DNA of 64,000 nucleotides, taken from assembly GCF_002571385.2 (NCBI RefSeq), contig NW_019217875.1, positions 89,527 to 153,526 on the forward strand. Direction: 5' to 3'. Position 1 is the stretch's first letter. The number at the start of each line of letters is the position of its first letter. This DNA is from Stylophora pistillata. Lineage: Eukaryota. A program made the translations under genes and the position numbers. A model generated the notes under the pieces. It ran no database searches. It saw only the letters and a list, made by a program, of their open reading frames with translations, and was not told the DNA's origin. Of the stretch, positions 40,053-53,699 are shown one piece after another.

Positions 40053-40802
40053 ATGGATCGACAAAATCTTCTGCAGATCTTTGCGCTGTCTTATCTCCTG
40101 TTCTTTCAGGTTGTAATCAGCACAGAAGATCTAGAGGAGATCGTAAGTTAATTAAAAGCTACGTAAGGTTATTGATTTCTCCAGAAACTCTTCTGAGTCA
40201 GGCACAAATTTAATTTGCACAATCGAATGCGTCCTGATAAGAACGGACTGGTGGGATCAGGATGCGTGCGGCGAGCAATACTTTCAAACTATATGCAATT
40301 CCGTCAGTTGTGGTTCACCTGTGAAGAGTCATTTTTCAGTTGTCATGAACAAGTCAAATATAGTTACTTAGCTTCACATATCGTAGTAACAAAGTTACAA
40401 AATGCCTCTTCTCCTGGAGAGGTGATCGTTAATTATAATCACACTGGGATGTTAAGTTGTGATTAGAAATTTTGCTATGCAGGAGTCGAGAAAGAAATGC
40501 CGTAAAGTTACATGCCCACCAGGTCCACCAGGTCGAGATGGATTACCGGGACGAGATGGAGCACCAGGACTGGATGGCGACCCCTACCTTCTCTCATTGA
40601 TGCCATTGTGTACCAGAATGTCAATCTCTACAACGTTCGCCCAGCCAAGATAGAAGGCCACTGCACTGGAATGGGCAGTGGCTTGGTACGTGTTGGCTTG
40701 CACGTCGGTAAGTGTCATGGCTTTGGTACTTTCGACGCTTACACTGGCTGGATCTCAGTCAGCAGGTTCATTATTGAGGAGGTTGAGCCCCCAGTTGCTT
40801 AA
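40053..40802 (+). pseudogene. CTHRC1-like copy F with an internal deletion fusing exons 2 and 3 out of frame
   Basis: Exon 1 at 40053-40142. Exon 2 from 40483 joins mid-exon 3 (LIDAIVYQ) at ~40580-40590 in a different frame. Confidence 0.87.
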
Positions 40803-41019
40803 ATCGCCGATGTTTTATTCCACCCATGTGCATAGTTCTTGATTCATTATAAGGGGAATTTATGATGTTGCATCGTAACAAGGGAGTAGTTAGGCCCACT
40901 GAATTAGCGTTATCCCAATTGTACAGGGTGGAATGATAATGTGTGAAAATAAACCTGCAAAAAACTTAATTTTGGTTGATCTTTTGTTTTGATATGACTA
41001 CAAATCCTATGCAAAAGTA

Positions 41020-41486
41020 CCGAAACACCCGAAAATAAGAACCTAGTGGATTAAGAAGCTCTTGGCAGAAATTTGCCATTTTCATACTCCTTTAAATAAG
41101 AACCTGTTTAGCCAAACATGATCAAGCAGGTTCTTATTACAGGATAAACGAATTACAAGTTACTGACACAATTTATTGGTGTGTGTAAAAGAAATAGAAG
41201 ATAATTTACACAAAATGCCCAATATATTGTTGAGTTGATTATTTACTTGTTACAGTAGTTGAAAGTTACAGTTATACAGTATTATATATAATTTTAGCCC
41301 GTATAAAGCTTATTTATTATTCTTATGATATATATGCAAAACAATGACATCTGTATCCCCCTCTTAGCAATTAAGAACCTAATTAAGAACCTGTTTTGCT
41401 AAAATAACCAACGACTACCCCTTTAAACAAGAACCTTTTTTGCCAGACTGCCAAAAAATAAGGTTTTCATTTTCGGGTGTTTACTG
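41020..41486. mobile_element. Tc1/mariner-type MITE with TA target duplication
   Basis: TIRs CCGAAACACCCGAAAATAAGAACCT / AGGTTTTCATTTTCGGGTGTTTACTG flanked by TA. Absent from the mirror arm near 35870. Confidence 0.8.
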
Positions 41487-42164
41487 TATCACTAAAAGGA
41501 AAGGTCAAAATTTTGGTACCTTTTTCACATGCGTTTCTGGCATGTTTCATTCCTGTAAGCTTAAGTAAATTTGACGCAATCTGGATGCATTGTGTCCCGT
41601 GCATTTATGAAAAATAATTTTATGCACCGGGGGCGCGCGCCATAGGGGGGACGCAATATCCTCCAGAAAATTGATTTGAGATAAACACCTGTAAGATGCC
41701 ATTTCCTACATTTTTGAGATCAAAGTCAATGGGAAATTGACCATACATACATATGACCGTAAACGAACTCAATCCTTGCAAGGGGTAGAAGCCCAATATA
41801 CCAGAGAAGTGAAACAGGGAAAAAAACCACAATCCTCATGTAAATTTCTTTAACTGTATTGCTGTAGACCTCGTCACTTCGATTGAAGATGCGACACAGT
41901 GACATGCAATTTTAAAACAAAGTAGGTATCGATGACAAAAAAAGCTAACACCCGCCATTACACAGTACATTCCGAGTCGGAAATGTCCCGTGATCTAAAG
42001 GGCAGCGGGGGGTGGGGGGGTGGAAGTGGCGAACAGAGAATCCAGCGAACAAACAGTTATAGGTAATATATGGCCCACAGTAGCGAGGATAAATACTGAT
42101 TCTTGGGCATAAATGGTCTGTGTTGTTTTTTCTTTCTAAGTTCTAAATGTTCTCGCTAATCTAT

Positions 42165-42190
42165 TTGTATAGGTAATCACATGATTTCGA

Positions 42191-42226
<36 letters not shown>

Positions 42227-42295
42227 TCAAAGACTAACAAAATTGCATGAGTCCGGAGGGCGAGTGCAATGTGTGGTCTTTGAAAAAATTTACAA

Positions 42296-42326
<31 letters not shown>

Positions 42327-44490
42327 TCATGTAATTATCTATTAATAATATACATGAAAAAATACCAGGTAGCTTCTCATAACTACGCTGAAGAAAAGCG
42401 CGCGCATCACGTGCAAAAATAATTTATTCAAACCCTGCAAGTGACATTGACCTTGACATTGACCTTGACTTTGACATTGACCAATCAGATTGTCTGGTTT
42501 GTTTCTTTCTTTGCACTGAATTAACCCTCAGAAAGCAGAAATTTTTAATGAATATTTCTGTTCTGCTTTCCTTCCCGCAGCCGCTAATGTAAACATGGCT
42601 GAAATTAACATATCAACAAAAACTGCTATGGAAATTACGCAAATAGAAGTATCAGTTGAAGAGGTGAAAGATTACTTGAATGGACTAGACACCTCAAAAG
42701 CATGTGGTTCCGACGGCATTCCAGCTCGACCACTAAAACAATGCAGTGAACAAATAGCTCCTAGTCTCTGCGCTATTTTTAACATCTCTCTTAGCAGCGG
42801 CAGAATTCCAAGAGAATAGAAGTCGGCAGATATAACACCCATCCACAAGAAAGAATCGAAAGAGCCAGCTGATAATTACTGACCATATCGCTTCTCCTTA
42901 TTGTGTGCAAAGTTTTGGAACGTTGTGTTTTTAAGGCCACGTACAATCACATTAAGAACTTAATCACAAAATTTAAACTCGGATTTCTCAAGAACCGATC
43001 ATGCGTTACACAGCTATTGTCAGTATTGCACACTATCGGACAACACCTTTTATGGTAGATCATCAGATCCTGCTGGCTAAGCTGGGGGCATACAGGGTGA
43101 CTGGAAGGCTACATTCATGGTTCACTGACTGTCTTGGTGGACGGATACAGAGAGTCGTTATCGAGGGTGCAGCGTCACAGTGGGCACCAGTCACCTCCGG
43201 TGTCCCCCAAGGAAGCCTCCTGGGTCCTTTATCGTTTACCATCTTTATCAATGATCTCCCAGAAGAAACTGTGGATGCTGTTATGGTCGCATTATATATG
43301 GACGATACGAAATTGTATCGCAGCATTAAATCAATGGGCGACCGCATTGCCTTACAGACCATGCTTACCAACCCCGATGAGTGGTCTCAGCGTAATAACA
43401 TCTGTTTTAACACCAGCAAGTGCAAAGTCCTAACCGTGACCAGCAAAAAGAATCCCCTAACATACAACTATCACCTCAACCAAGTTCAGCTGGAGCGTGT
43501 CACCAATGAGAAAGATGTCGGGGTTACTGTCACACGTACCCTCTCTTGGGACCAACATGTTCACATCATCGTAAGCAAGGCCAACAGACTCCTTGGGCTT
43601 CTGAAACGCACATGCCCTCTACTGACTGATCTGTCAGTCATGCGCACACTCTATCTGGCGCTTGTGAAATCGCAGCTGTCCTATGCAACGCAAGTTTGGT
43701 CCCGTCGCAAATATCCCTTAAAACTGAGATTGAAAGAGTGCAGAGGACAGCGACGAGATGGATTCTACAAGCTCGTTTTGGGAAATGTTCTACAAGGACA
43801 GGCTTCTAGCCTTAAACCTATCGCCACTAACCTTTGACCGTGAACTCAAAGATATGGTCTTTTTCTACAAATGTCTGAACAATGTTACTGATTAAAATGT
43901 TAAAAACTTTGCATCTTTTGCCTGCCATGGCCGTACCAGACTCAGTTCCTCCTACAGTCTTAAAAGACCGTTATGCAAAACAAGCACCAATCACTCTTCC
44001 TACTTGAACAGAATTGTTAAGCCCTGGAACTACATATGTAAAATATCGCCGCCTTCAAATTTCTCCACTCCAGAATCCTTGAAGAATTTTATTGTCTTAT
44101 CTTACGTACTTACCTTGGACCTCTTTTGATGCAGGTTACACCTGCCATCGCTAACTATCGTATTTCCTTTGTTTTACAAAATTTTCCTTTTTATTCATTT
44201 ATTAATTTATTTATTTACTTTTTAATATAGGGGAGTACCTCGCATGGTACCTTGCGTCCCGTTCGCAACCCCCCCCCCGTTTGGGTCTTTGTAATGAGTG
44301 CTACTGTTGTGTGTTTTTTTTTTAATTTTTTTTAAAATTTTTTTAGAAGTCAAACCGAATTAAGTTGTTGAAACGAAACCAAAACCCTCTTCTGCACTGA
44401 ATTAACTCTCTTCTGCACTGGATTAACTAAAAACTGCATTCATCTTAACCAATCAGAACTGAGAAATTTTTTCATGTATATTATTAGAGC
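42165..44490. mobile_element. Non-autonomous element with a terminal ~170 bp hairpin, split by a LINE insertion
   Basis: Imperfect palindrome at 42170-42342. TGCACTGAATTAAC repeats resume at 44390 after the LINE. TAATATACATGAAAAAA (42346) is mirrored at ~44467-44485. Confidence 0.55.
42530..44382 (+). mobile_element. 5'-truncated, decayed CR1/L2-group LINE
   Basis: RT motifs KACGSDGIP, SGVPQGSLLGP, FINDLP, YMDD, KDVGV and LSYATQVW with stops and frameshifts. AAAC-type tail; AACCCTC duplicated at 42523-42529 and 44383-44389. Confidence 0.9.
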
Positions 44491-45020
44491 AAAAAGTGAG
44501 TGGCTTGTTCTCTCGGCGTTTCCTCGACATTTTGTGGAAAAAAAAAACTTGAGCGAAAGTTGCCATGCCTCAGTTTTCTCAGAACCGAATCTCTCTATAT
44601 TTTATAGGGGTGAAAAATGCAAGGGATTAATGAATTGATAATTAGAGGAGAGGACAGGCAGGTACTAACCACTCATTTGTTGGGAAAGTTACGCCGCTTC
44701 GACAGTACACAGTAGGGACTGCGTCGATTTCATTATATTAAAAACGCAGCGTCATGCAAAGAATGATCACGGGCTATTATGCCAACCTATCCATAGGGAT
44801 ACTTTTGCATGTTATGTTTTAATCGTGTCAAGACAAAACATGGACCAAAGATAGCTTTCTTCGCAGGTTTATTATCACACATTGTCATTACTTCCACCCT
44901 TTACAGTAGAGACAGCGCTAATTCAGGGTGTCTAACTACTTCCTAGTTACAATGCAATATTAGCTATACCCTTACATTGAATCGGGAGCTATGCCCTTGG
45001 ATGGAATAGGAATAGGAGAT

Positions 45021-46223
45021 CTATGCAACTGGGGGTTCAAACTCCTCAATAATGATCCTGCTGACTGAATTCCAGCCAGTATAGGCTTTGAAAATGCCAA
45101 AGCCATGGCACTGACCGACGTGCAAGCCAACACGAACCAGGCCTTTTGCGATTCCAGCACAGTAGCCTTCTATGTTGGCTGAGCGATGGATGTTCAGGTC
45201 GATGTTCTGGTAGACAACGGCATCAATGGCAGCGGGAGCCTTACATTCAATGTCGTTGAAGGTGAAAAACCATCTCATGCAACAGTGTTTGCAACCGGCG
45301 ATGCGAATGTTTCCCATGTAAGATACACGGAGGAATGTGTTTGGGGCAGCCTTGGTGAACGGACATTCCTTAGAAACAAAGATTCAAAACATTTTATTAA
45401 ATGCATTGGTGCAGTAAATATGTCCCTCTTCGTCTTCTAGTTTAATCTTGATAATGGTGAACGCTATTCTCCTCACATTTTCTCTATTGTTAAGTGAGCA
45501 CCAACTATTTCCCTTCTTTGCATACATACCAGAACCCGTCCATTATCGGTCTCAGAGTTGATGTGATTCCAAATTAAAAACACTGTTTCCATCTCCTTTG
45601 GGTCCCAGCCTCTCCTTTGACTCCTGGTTGTCCTGGTGGTCCCACTTCCCCCTTGGGTCCGGGTGCGCCATCTCGTCCGGGTAGTCCATCTCGTCCTGGT
45701 GCTCCATCTCGTCCCGGTAACCCATCTCTACCTGCTGGGCCTGGTACGCCTGGTAGAACTGGACATCCTTTCTTCCTCATCTCCTGAAACTGTAAAACTT
45801 CTTATTACGATTTCACATGTCACTTTCTGAAGAAATCCTTGGGACACTCCCTTCATGGTCTTGATTAATGAACATCTCTCCAAGCGGTGAATAACATTAT
45901 AACTTTGAAAGTGAGTTGTATGAAGAAAAGTATAATTGACCCGATGGTGACAACTCAAAAATGAATCATAGATGGGGTTCATGATCAATTGGCGAATTTG
46001 CTTACAGTTTTGAAAGCAGTGCTCACCGCATCTTGATCCATCCGCCAGTTTTTATCGCGACTTGATAGTTCAAATTTCATTTGTCCCTGAATCGAAGGTG
46101 TTTCTATAAAAATCAACAACCCTACCCTGTTAAGTAACTTACAGTTTCATCTGTGCCCATCACAACCTGCAGGAACAGGAGAGAAGACAGCGCAAAGATC
46201 TGCAGAAGATGTTGTCGATTCAT
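45021..46223 (-). pseudogene. CTHRC1-like copy G, disrupted by a 5-bp insertion in exon 2
   Basis: Exons 46223-46143, 45783-45530 and 45368-45021. TGT TTT [TAATT] TGG AAT CAC creates a stop and frameshift at ~45572-45576; the rest is intact. Confidence 0.85.
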
Positions 46224-48289
46224 TTTTCCTGAGAGGGAGTTCAAAATGCCGGTCTTCCGAATTTCACTTGTTTAAGTATACTTATTTTCATTCATAATTA
46301 CCATGTTATGTTTGCAATAGCTTTTTTATTAGTAGACAAACACAATTGTTTAATTTTTTCGCCGAAAAATGCCCAAATTGGATTGTCGGACAGATCAAGA
46401 TATTAAATTTGTTCGTAACTGAAAAAACAATTCAGAGTATTTGTCAAAGATATAATTAAATATTTTCCTTTAGTATAACCAGTTAATTTTTCCTCACACC
46501 GCGCACTAAAATCGAAAAGTAAGCTAATGGTTAAAGTGGATGGAATATTTCCACGAGGCGTGATTTGGTGGCAAAGATCACTAACTTTCACACATGCCGC
46601 ATCATCATGCTATCAAATATTTGTCGCAAGTTAAATTATTTATTGTAATTATGGTCATCGTGTATTTCGCTCAACAAGTATATCATCTAACAATCGAGAA
46701 GGGTGCAACGCTTTAACGATGCGTCGTTTTGTGAAAGCAGTCCGATTCTAGACCTTTTACTCAACCCTTTCCCCTGATGCACTTAGTGTAATAAATGGTC
46801 TCTACACTTGTATGTTCTGATCGTTTCTAATTTTATTAGGAGACAAACAGTTGTAAACACTTATTCATTGAGTGGAAGGCCTCCTAATGGGACTTTTTAA
46901 CGAAGTTTTTTGATGAAAGAACGCGTGGGGCGGCATGGCCCACAGAATAAAACTTGTATAAGGCTTGGGTATACACCCACACAGGTATGGTACTTTTCAC
47001 ACACGCTGATTGGCTTTCTCGGAGATGCTTAACAAGTACTATTCATCTCCGAGCGACCGAAGAGAGTAACTCGCGTGTGAAGAGTTAGACATTCGACCAT
47101 TTTTCCTAGCACTGATAGAGACAGACTTACGTTTTAGTTCTTGTGTGGTATATTTCAAAATAACTATTACCTCTAATGTAGGTAAAAGTGGTCGATATTT
47201 ACCGAGCCGTGATGCGTTAAGGTAAATATTCACCTTTATTGACCTTCTCTTCAGCGGATAATATTTGACTATATGCCATTATTTGCCAATCTTGTTTAAC
47301 CAAAGTTATGAAAGAAATGATTACAGTGTACCTAGAAGATGAGAGATCCTTTGCGAGGGTAGACCTGGAACTAAAGTCTTTTTCGAGTATCAGGGCCACC
47401 TTGAAAATGTATTGAAGCTAGGGGCTATAATTATTGTTTTGTTTTTTTCGCGGGCCACCCCTTGGCTGGCTAGGGGCTAAAATCATCAGTCTTCTATTAT
47501 TATCGTTTCATTTGTGAGTGAGTTCAATTTTTGGAGTGAGTATGTTAGTTTCCGGTGAGGTGGGGCTCGATTCCCCAACGAAGTTGGTGTCTGGTAACCC
47601 TCCGTTTGTGGTGGACCCAACCCGTAGGCATTGCACGCCCGCCTCGGGTTGGATTAGACGTGTCGGTCGGCAGGCATTGCACCGCCCTCCTCAAATATAA
47701 AAAGAAACTTCACATTGATAACAAAGAAATTAATCAATTGAAGGGACTTTCACTGAAAAGGCATTAATTTCAAACATCTTCAATGTTTTTAACTGAGAAA
47801 GCTTGAGTAACATAAATAGCAGTGTCACATAGAAAGCTTTAAGCTGGTTTGTGTCCAATATTCTGTCTAATAAATCATTGGGCCACGGCTTTTTAGGGAG
47901 AAATATTATTCTATGAACGCCAGGAATCCGAATCGAATATGTCACATTTATTCAATTTTACGGCAACAGGAACACGCGAGATACTTAGGACTTGCGAGGT
48001 GTAATGCAAAGAGTGAAACTGGGCTAAAATAAAATGTCCACATATGTCCTAGTTGAGATTTTTTATAAAGTACAGCTATGTTGAAACAATCATTTTAAAA
48101 AGAACACATGGACCAAAGTACTTTTCTTCGCAGGTTTATTTTCCCATATCGAGACATGACTTCCATCATGGCCAGTGCAGCCATGACAATCTTAATTCAG
48201 TGGGCCTATCTACTCCCCGGTTACAACATACTACTTCCCTTATAATGAGATCAAGAACAATGCGCTTGGCTGCAAAAAGCACTACTTGT

Positions 48290-49762
48290 TTAAGCAACTG
48301 GGGGCTCGATCTCCTCAACAATGATCTTGCTGACTGAATTCCAGCCAGTGTAGGCGTTGAAAATGCCAAAGCCATGGCACTGACCGACGTGCAAGCCAAC
48401 ACGAACCAGGCCTTTGCCCATTCCTGTACAGTAGCCTTCTATGTTGGCTGAGCGATGGATGTTCAGGTCGATGTTCTGGTAGACAACGGCATCAATGGCA
48501 GCGGGAGCCTTACATTCAATGTCGTTGAAGGTGAAAAACCATCTCATGCAACAGTGTTTGCAACCGGCGATGCGAATGTTTCCCATGTAAGATACACGGA
48601 GGAATGTGTTTGGGGCAGCCTTGGTGAACGGACATTCCTTAGAAACAAAGATTCAAAACATTTTATTAAATGCATTGGTGCAGTAAATATGTCCCTCTTC
48701 GTCTTCTAGTTTAATCTTGATAATGGCGAACGCTATTCTCCTCACATTTTCTCTATTGTTAAGTGAGCACCAACTATTTCCCTTCTTTGCATACATACCA
48801 GAACCCGTCCATTATCNNNNNNNNNNNNNNNNNNNNNNNNNNNNNNNNNNNNNNNNNNNNNNNNNNNNNNNNNNNNNNNNNNNNNNNNNNNNNNNNNNNN
48901 NNNNNNNNNNNNNNNNNNNNNNNNNNNNNNNNNNNNNNNNNNNNNNNNNNNNNNNNNNNNNNNNNNNNNNNNNNNNNNNNNNNNNNNNNNNNNNNNNNNN
49001 NNNNNNNNNNNNNNNNNNNNNNNNNNNNNNNNNNNNNNNNNNNNNNNNNNNNNNNNNNNNNNNNNNNNNNNNNNNNNNNNNNNNNNNNNNNNNNNNNNNN
49101 NNNNNNNNNNNNNNNNNNNNNNNNNNNNNNNNNNNNNNNNNNNNNNNNNNNNNNNNNNNNNNNNNNNNNNNNNNNGTCCTGGTGGTCCCACTTCCCCCTT
49201 GGGTCCGGGTGCGCCATCTCGTCCGGGTAGTCCATCTCGTCCTGGTGCTCCATCTCGTCCCGGTAACCCATCTCTACCTGCTGGGCCTGGTACGCCTGGT
49301 AGAACTGAACATCCTTTCTTCCTCATCTCCTGAAACTGTAAAACTTCTAGTTACAATTTTACATGCCATTTTCCGAAGAAGTCCTAGAGACGCTCCTTTG
49401 ATGACTTGTGATTAACGATCACCTCTCCAGGAGATGAAAAATTTGTAACTGTGTAACTGTGATGTATTAAATGAAATATATTTGACCTAATGATAACTAC
49501 TGAGAAACAAAACTCCCGACAATTGACGAACTTTGGTACAGTTTTGAAAGTATTGCTTGCTACATCCTCATTCGACCAGCCCGTTCGCGATCGATTGTCC
49601 TCATTAAATTTTTACCTGAATCAAACCTGTTTTTATACGAATAAACTATTCACATGGCTTTAAGTAACTTACAGCTTCCTTCGGTTCTTCTGTGCCGATC
49701 ACGACTTGAAAGAACAGGAGGTAAGACAACGCAAAAATCTGCAGAAGATTTTTTTGATCCAT
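48290..49762 (-). CDS. CTHRC1: CTHRC1-like copy H, possibly intact (exon 2 partly in an N-gap)
   Basis: Exons 49762-49673 ([30 protein letters not shown]), 49329-48799 (gap 48817-49175) and 48637-48290. No lesion in the sequenced parts. Confidence 0.8.
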
Positions 49763-51985
49763 CCTTCTTGACGGAGAGTTCAAAATGCCGTGCGTCCTGA
49801 TATCATTTGTTTTAGAACACTTATTTTTATCCACAATTATAATAACATTTTTTGGTAAACATATCCTCTTATTTTTAGTTTGTTTTCGCTGAAAAATGCA
49901 AAATTGGATTATCGGACAGGTCCAGATATTAAAGTTGTTCGTACTTTGGAAAGAAAAGCGTCTGTTGACCATGCAATTAAACATTTGCCATTTTAAAAAT
50001 AACTTTATTTATTGCCTCAGATCGCGTAGTAAATTCCAACATTTAATTTAATGGTTTAAGTGGATGAAATACTTTCACAAGGGGTGATTTAGTGGAAAAA
50101 GATCAAAAGTCTTTACACAAGCCGCATTACCATGCAATTAAACACATGTCGCTACTTTAATTGATTATTGTTATTACTGATTATATCTCGAGTTAAATCT
50201 TAAAAATTAGAACCTGAATATCTAAAAACTTTTATTGCATTTTCGATGGTTGCATGATTTTGTGGCAACATACCGAATCTAGTCCTTTTACTCTACTCTT
50301 TCCCCTGAAGTGCGTAGTGTAATAAACAGTCTCTGCACTTGCACGTAGCTGCATGATCGTTTCTAAATAAATTTAATTAGCAGACAGACAATAATAAACA
50401 CTTATGGGCTGAGTGGTAAGTCACTTGGGATTTAATGATGTTATACGATGAATGAACGCATGGGGCGGCACGGCCTAGAGAACAAAATTTGTTTGCGCTG
50501 ATTAGCTATCTCGGAGATGCTTAGCAAGTACTATTTATCTCCTAGCAGCCACAGAGAGTGAATCACGTGTCAAGAGTTTCATATCCGAGCAATTCTCTTT
50601 GCACTGACAGAAATAATTGATGTTTTAGTTCTGTGTGTTGTAAATTGTAAAAGAATACAGTATAGTTCACTCTTAAGCTGGTGAACGGGGGTCTTAATGG
50701 GATGATGACTTTTACGGATAACGGTTCAAGTTTTGGTCAATTCACCGCCAACGGTTTTATATCTTTCCATTATCGTCATAATATATTTTTCCACGGTTAA
50801 TTTTTTTTACGACAAATGGTTAAAATTTGTCATTTTCACGCTTAACGGCTAAAAATCCCATTGAAACCCTTGTGAAAGTGGTCAATATTTACCAGCGCTG
50901 ATGCTTTAAGGTACATATATATCCACCACTACGTACTCGGCCTCTACGTCAGAAAATAATTTTCAATGATTTGCGGAACTTGTTCAGCTAAGCCTACGAA
51001 TGTCATGTTTATGATGTTCTTAAAAGATGAGAGATTATGTGTAACCTGTATCAGGGCGCAACCTTGCACATGACAGAATTCAATTTTACTTATAAGAGAG
51101 GCGTGTGAGTTTTGTCGAACACACTATTCGTAGGATCCTCAATTATTTTTCGAGCTTTCCGCCTCTAGACCAACGGGAAGACTTGTTCCTTCATGTCAAA
51201 AGCATTAGATGTGCGAACGTGCAGGATTTGCGTACCTAATTGCCCCCTCCTGTGAAATTACGGATATGTCGTATCTAACCTTTTCGTCCCAAAATATAGC
51301 CTCTGCGCTTTTAATCACGTAACAGATAGGTATCACAATGTATGTAAGAGGGTTATATCAATTCAAAAAGTAGGTTTAGCTGATGCTGAGTTTTTTTCCT
51401 CCGCTGGTGCCTTCCTCGGTTATTAAGAGTCGATAGAGCAAGGTGAAGATTGAACATTCACGACTGTTTTGGTTTTTCTCTCGAAATTCGAACTTTGTAA
51501 TCTAAGAGCCAAGTGAACGAGCGAATACAGCTCTCGTGTTGTGTAATAATCCATTATGCATCTGTTGCACATTGTGTGCAGCGCATTGCTTTGGAACCTT
51601 GTTGTATTTGCTTGCGCGGATGGACAATCAACAGTAAGCCTGAAACTCATGATTTCTCAGTTTGTAATTTATTTCGCAATCTCTTAAAGACTTAAGAAAA
51701 AATTCTAGTAGTTTCTTAGAGAAGCTAGCGAACGCTACCACAACCCTCCAACTAGGTAGGGACTCAGTCACAATCCTCAGGTGTTTAATTAAAAAAGTTG
51801 ACGAATGACGCATGTCACGCGTCCCGTGCTAACTTTGCATTTTAATCATTAGGTCTTCTCATAAAGCATAGCTTTTTCTACAGAAGCAAAATTTGAAAAA
51901 AAATTTGAGCTGTATTTCTTTCCCCTTATCCTTAATCAAATCAACGCTAAAGGAAGAAAATTGTTTAACCTCGGTTTCAGAAACG

Positions 51986-53201
51986 ATGGATCATTAAAAT
52001 CTTCTGCAGATCTTTGCCCTGTCTTATCTCCTGTTCTTTCAGCTCGTGATCAGCACACACGAACAAAAGGAAGTTGTAAGTCACTCAGCAGACGTGTAGG
52101 GCTCTTCTTTTGATGAGTCAAGCACAACTGTGGGAAACCGAATGATGAAAAAAATGAGAGGGTCGGATTTAGGTATCAATACTATTAAAATCTTAATATG
52201 TAATTTCTGAAATTTTAGTTCAGCTGGAAGGATTAATATGTCTGTTGCCATTAATACTTCATAAAAACTAAGCTTGATATATACATCTCACTTACAAAAT
52301 TGCTAAATCATTCAACTCCTGGAGAAGTGATCGTTAATCACAACCATCAAGGTAGCACCTCTGGGATTTCTACACCAAAAAGCGCGAAAGAAAAGAATAT
52401 AACGGTTATATTAGGAAAAAACAATTGGAATTTTTCCTTCAGCAAGAATCAGGGAACTCTGTTTAACTCAAGGCCCACCAGGCCCAGGGGGTCGAGATGG
52501 ATTACCGGGACGGGATGGAGCACCTGGACGGGATGGACTACCGGGACGGGATGGCGCACCCGGACCCAAGGGGGAAGTGGGACCATCAGGGCCATCAGGA
52601 AAAAAAAGGAGACGCTGGGACCCAAAGGAGATGGAAACAGTGTTTTTGGAACCACATCAACTCTGAGACTGATAATGGACTAGTGCTGGTATGTATACCA
52701 CGATAGCAAGTAATCCGCGGTGCTCACTTAAAGTGTAGAGAAAAGGGAAGGGGGATAGTGGTCGTCATCGTAATGATTGAACAAAAAAGCGGAAAGTGAT
52801 AATTCTGCTGCATCAATGCATTTAATTAAAAGTTTTGAATCTTTTTAAAGGAATGTGCGTTTACCAAGGCTGCCCCAAACACATACCTCTATGTAGTAAA
52901 CATGGGAAACATTCGCATCGCCTATTGCACAAACTGTTGCATGAGATGGTTTTTCACTTTCAACGACATCGAATGCAGAGCACCCGCTGCCATTGACGCC
53001 GTTGTTTACCAGAATAGCAACCTTAACATCCATCGCTCAGCCAATATAGACGGCTACTGCGCTGGAATCGGCAAAGGCCTGGTTTGTGTTGGTTTGCACG
53101 TCGGTCAGTGCCATGGTTATGGCTCCTCCAACGCCGCCTACACTGGCTGGAATTCAGTCAGTAGGATCATTATTGAGGAGGTTGAGCCCCCAGTTGCTTA
53201 G
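51986..53201 (+). pseudogene. CTHRC1-like copy I
   Basis: ATG GAT CAT TAA (stop at codon 4), exon-2 acceptor out of frame, +1 frameshift in the A-run near 52600. Exon 3 (52851-53201) is still open. Confidence 0.87.
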
Positions 53202-53699
53202 ATTATACGTGCTTATTCCACCTAAGCGCATAGTTCCTGTTTCATCACAACGGTAGTTAATGTTGAATTGTAGGCGGGGATTAATTAGGTCCACTGAAAT
53301 AGTAGTCTCGATTTCCTGGGTGGAAGTCATGACAACATGTGAAAATAAACCTGCAAAGAGACTTATTTTTTGTCTATCTGCTGTATTTGACCATAAGGGC
53401 CCGTTCTCCGCGGTGTAATAATAAGTGGCTGACGTGTTCCTGTAGGCGTCAGTTTGGTTAAACGTGACACCTTCCGGACACAATAAGTGCTTTACATACA
53501 GTGCAGTGGAAAGGTCTTATGGGTTTATTACAGCAGGGAAGTCACAAGGAAATCACAAGCGAATTACAAGCAAAGAGAACGCGACTACGCAAAGTAGTCT
53601 GGTGCTATATTTTGGAAAATATTTAGTTTGAAACGTAACCTGTATCGGTGCACCCTCACAAATCTTCGTTCAAAAGCTATTCGTGGAGGCCTGGTATAA

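Noticed and set aside
47400-47990. GC-richer insert between copies G and H as a gene or ncRNA
   Set aside because: No recognisable motif or supported ORF; probably a repeat fragment that I cannot classify.
48717-49415. Long ORFs spanning X runs (also 16867-17171 and 61651-62140)
   Set aside because: Artefacts of N-gaps.
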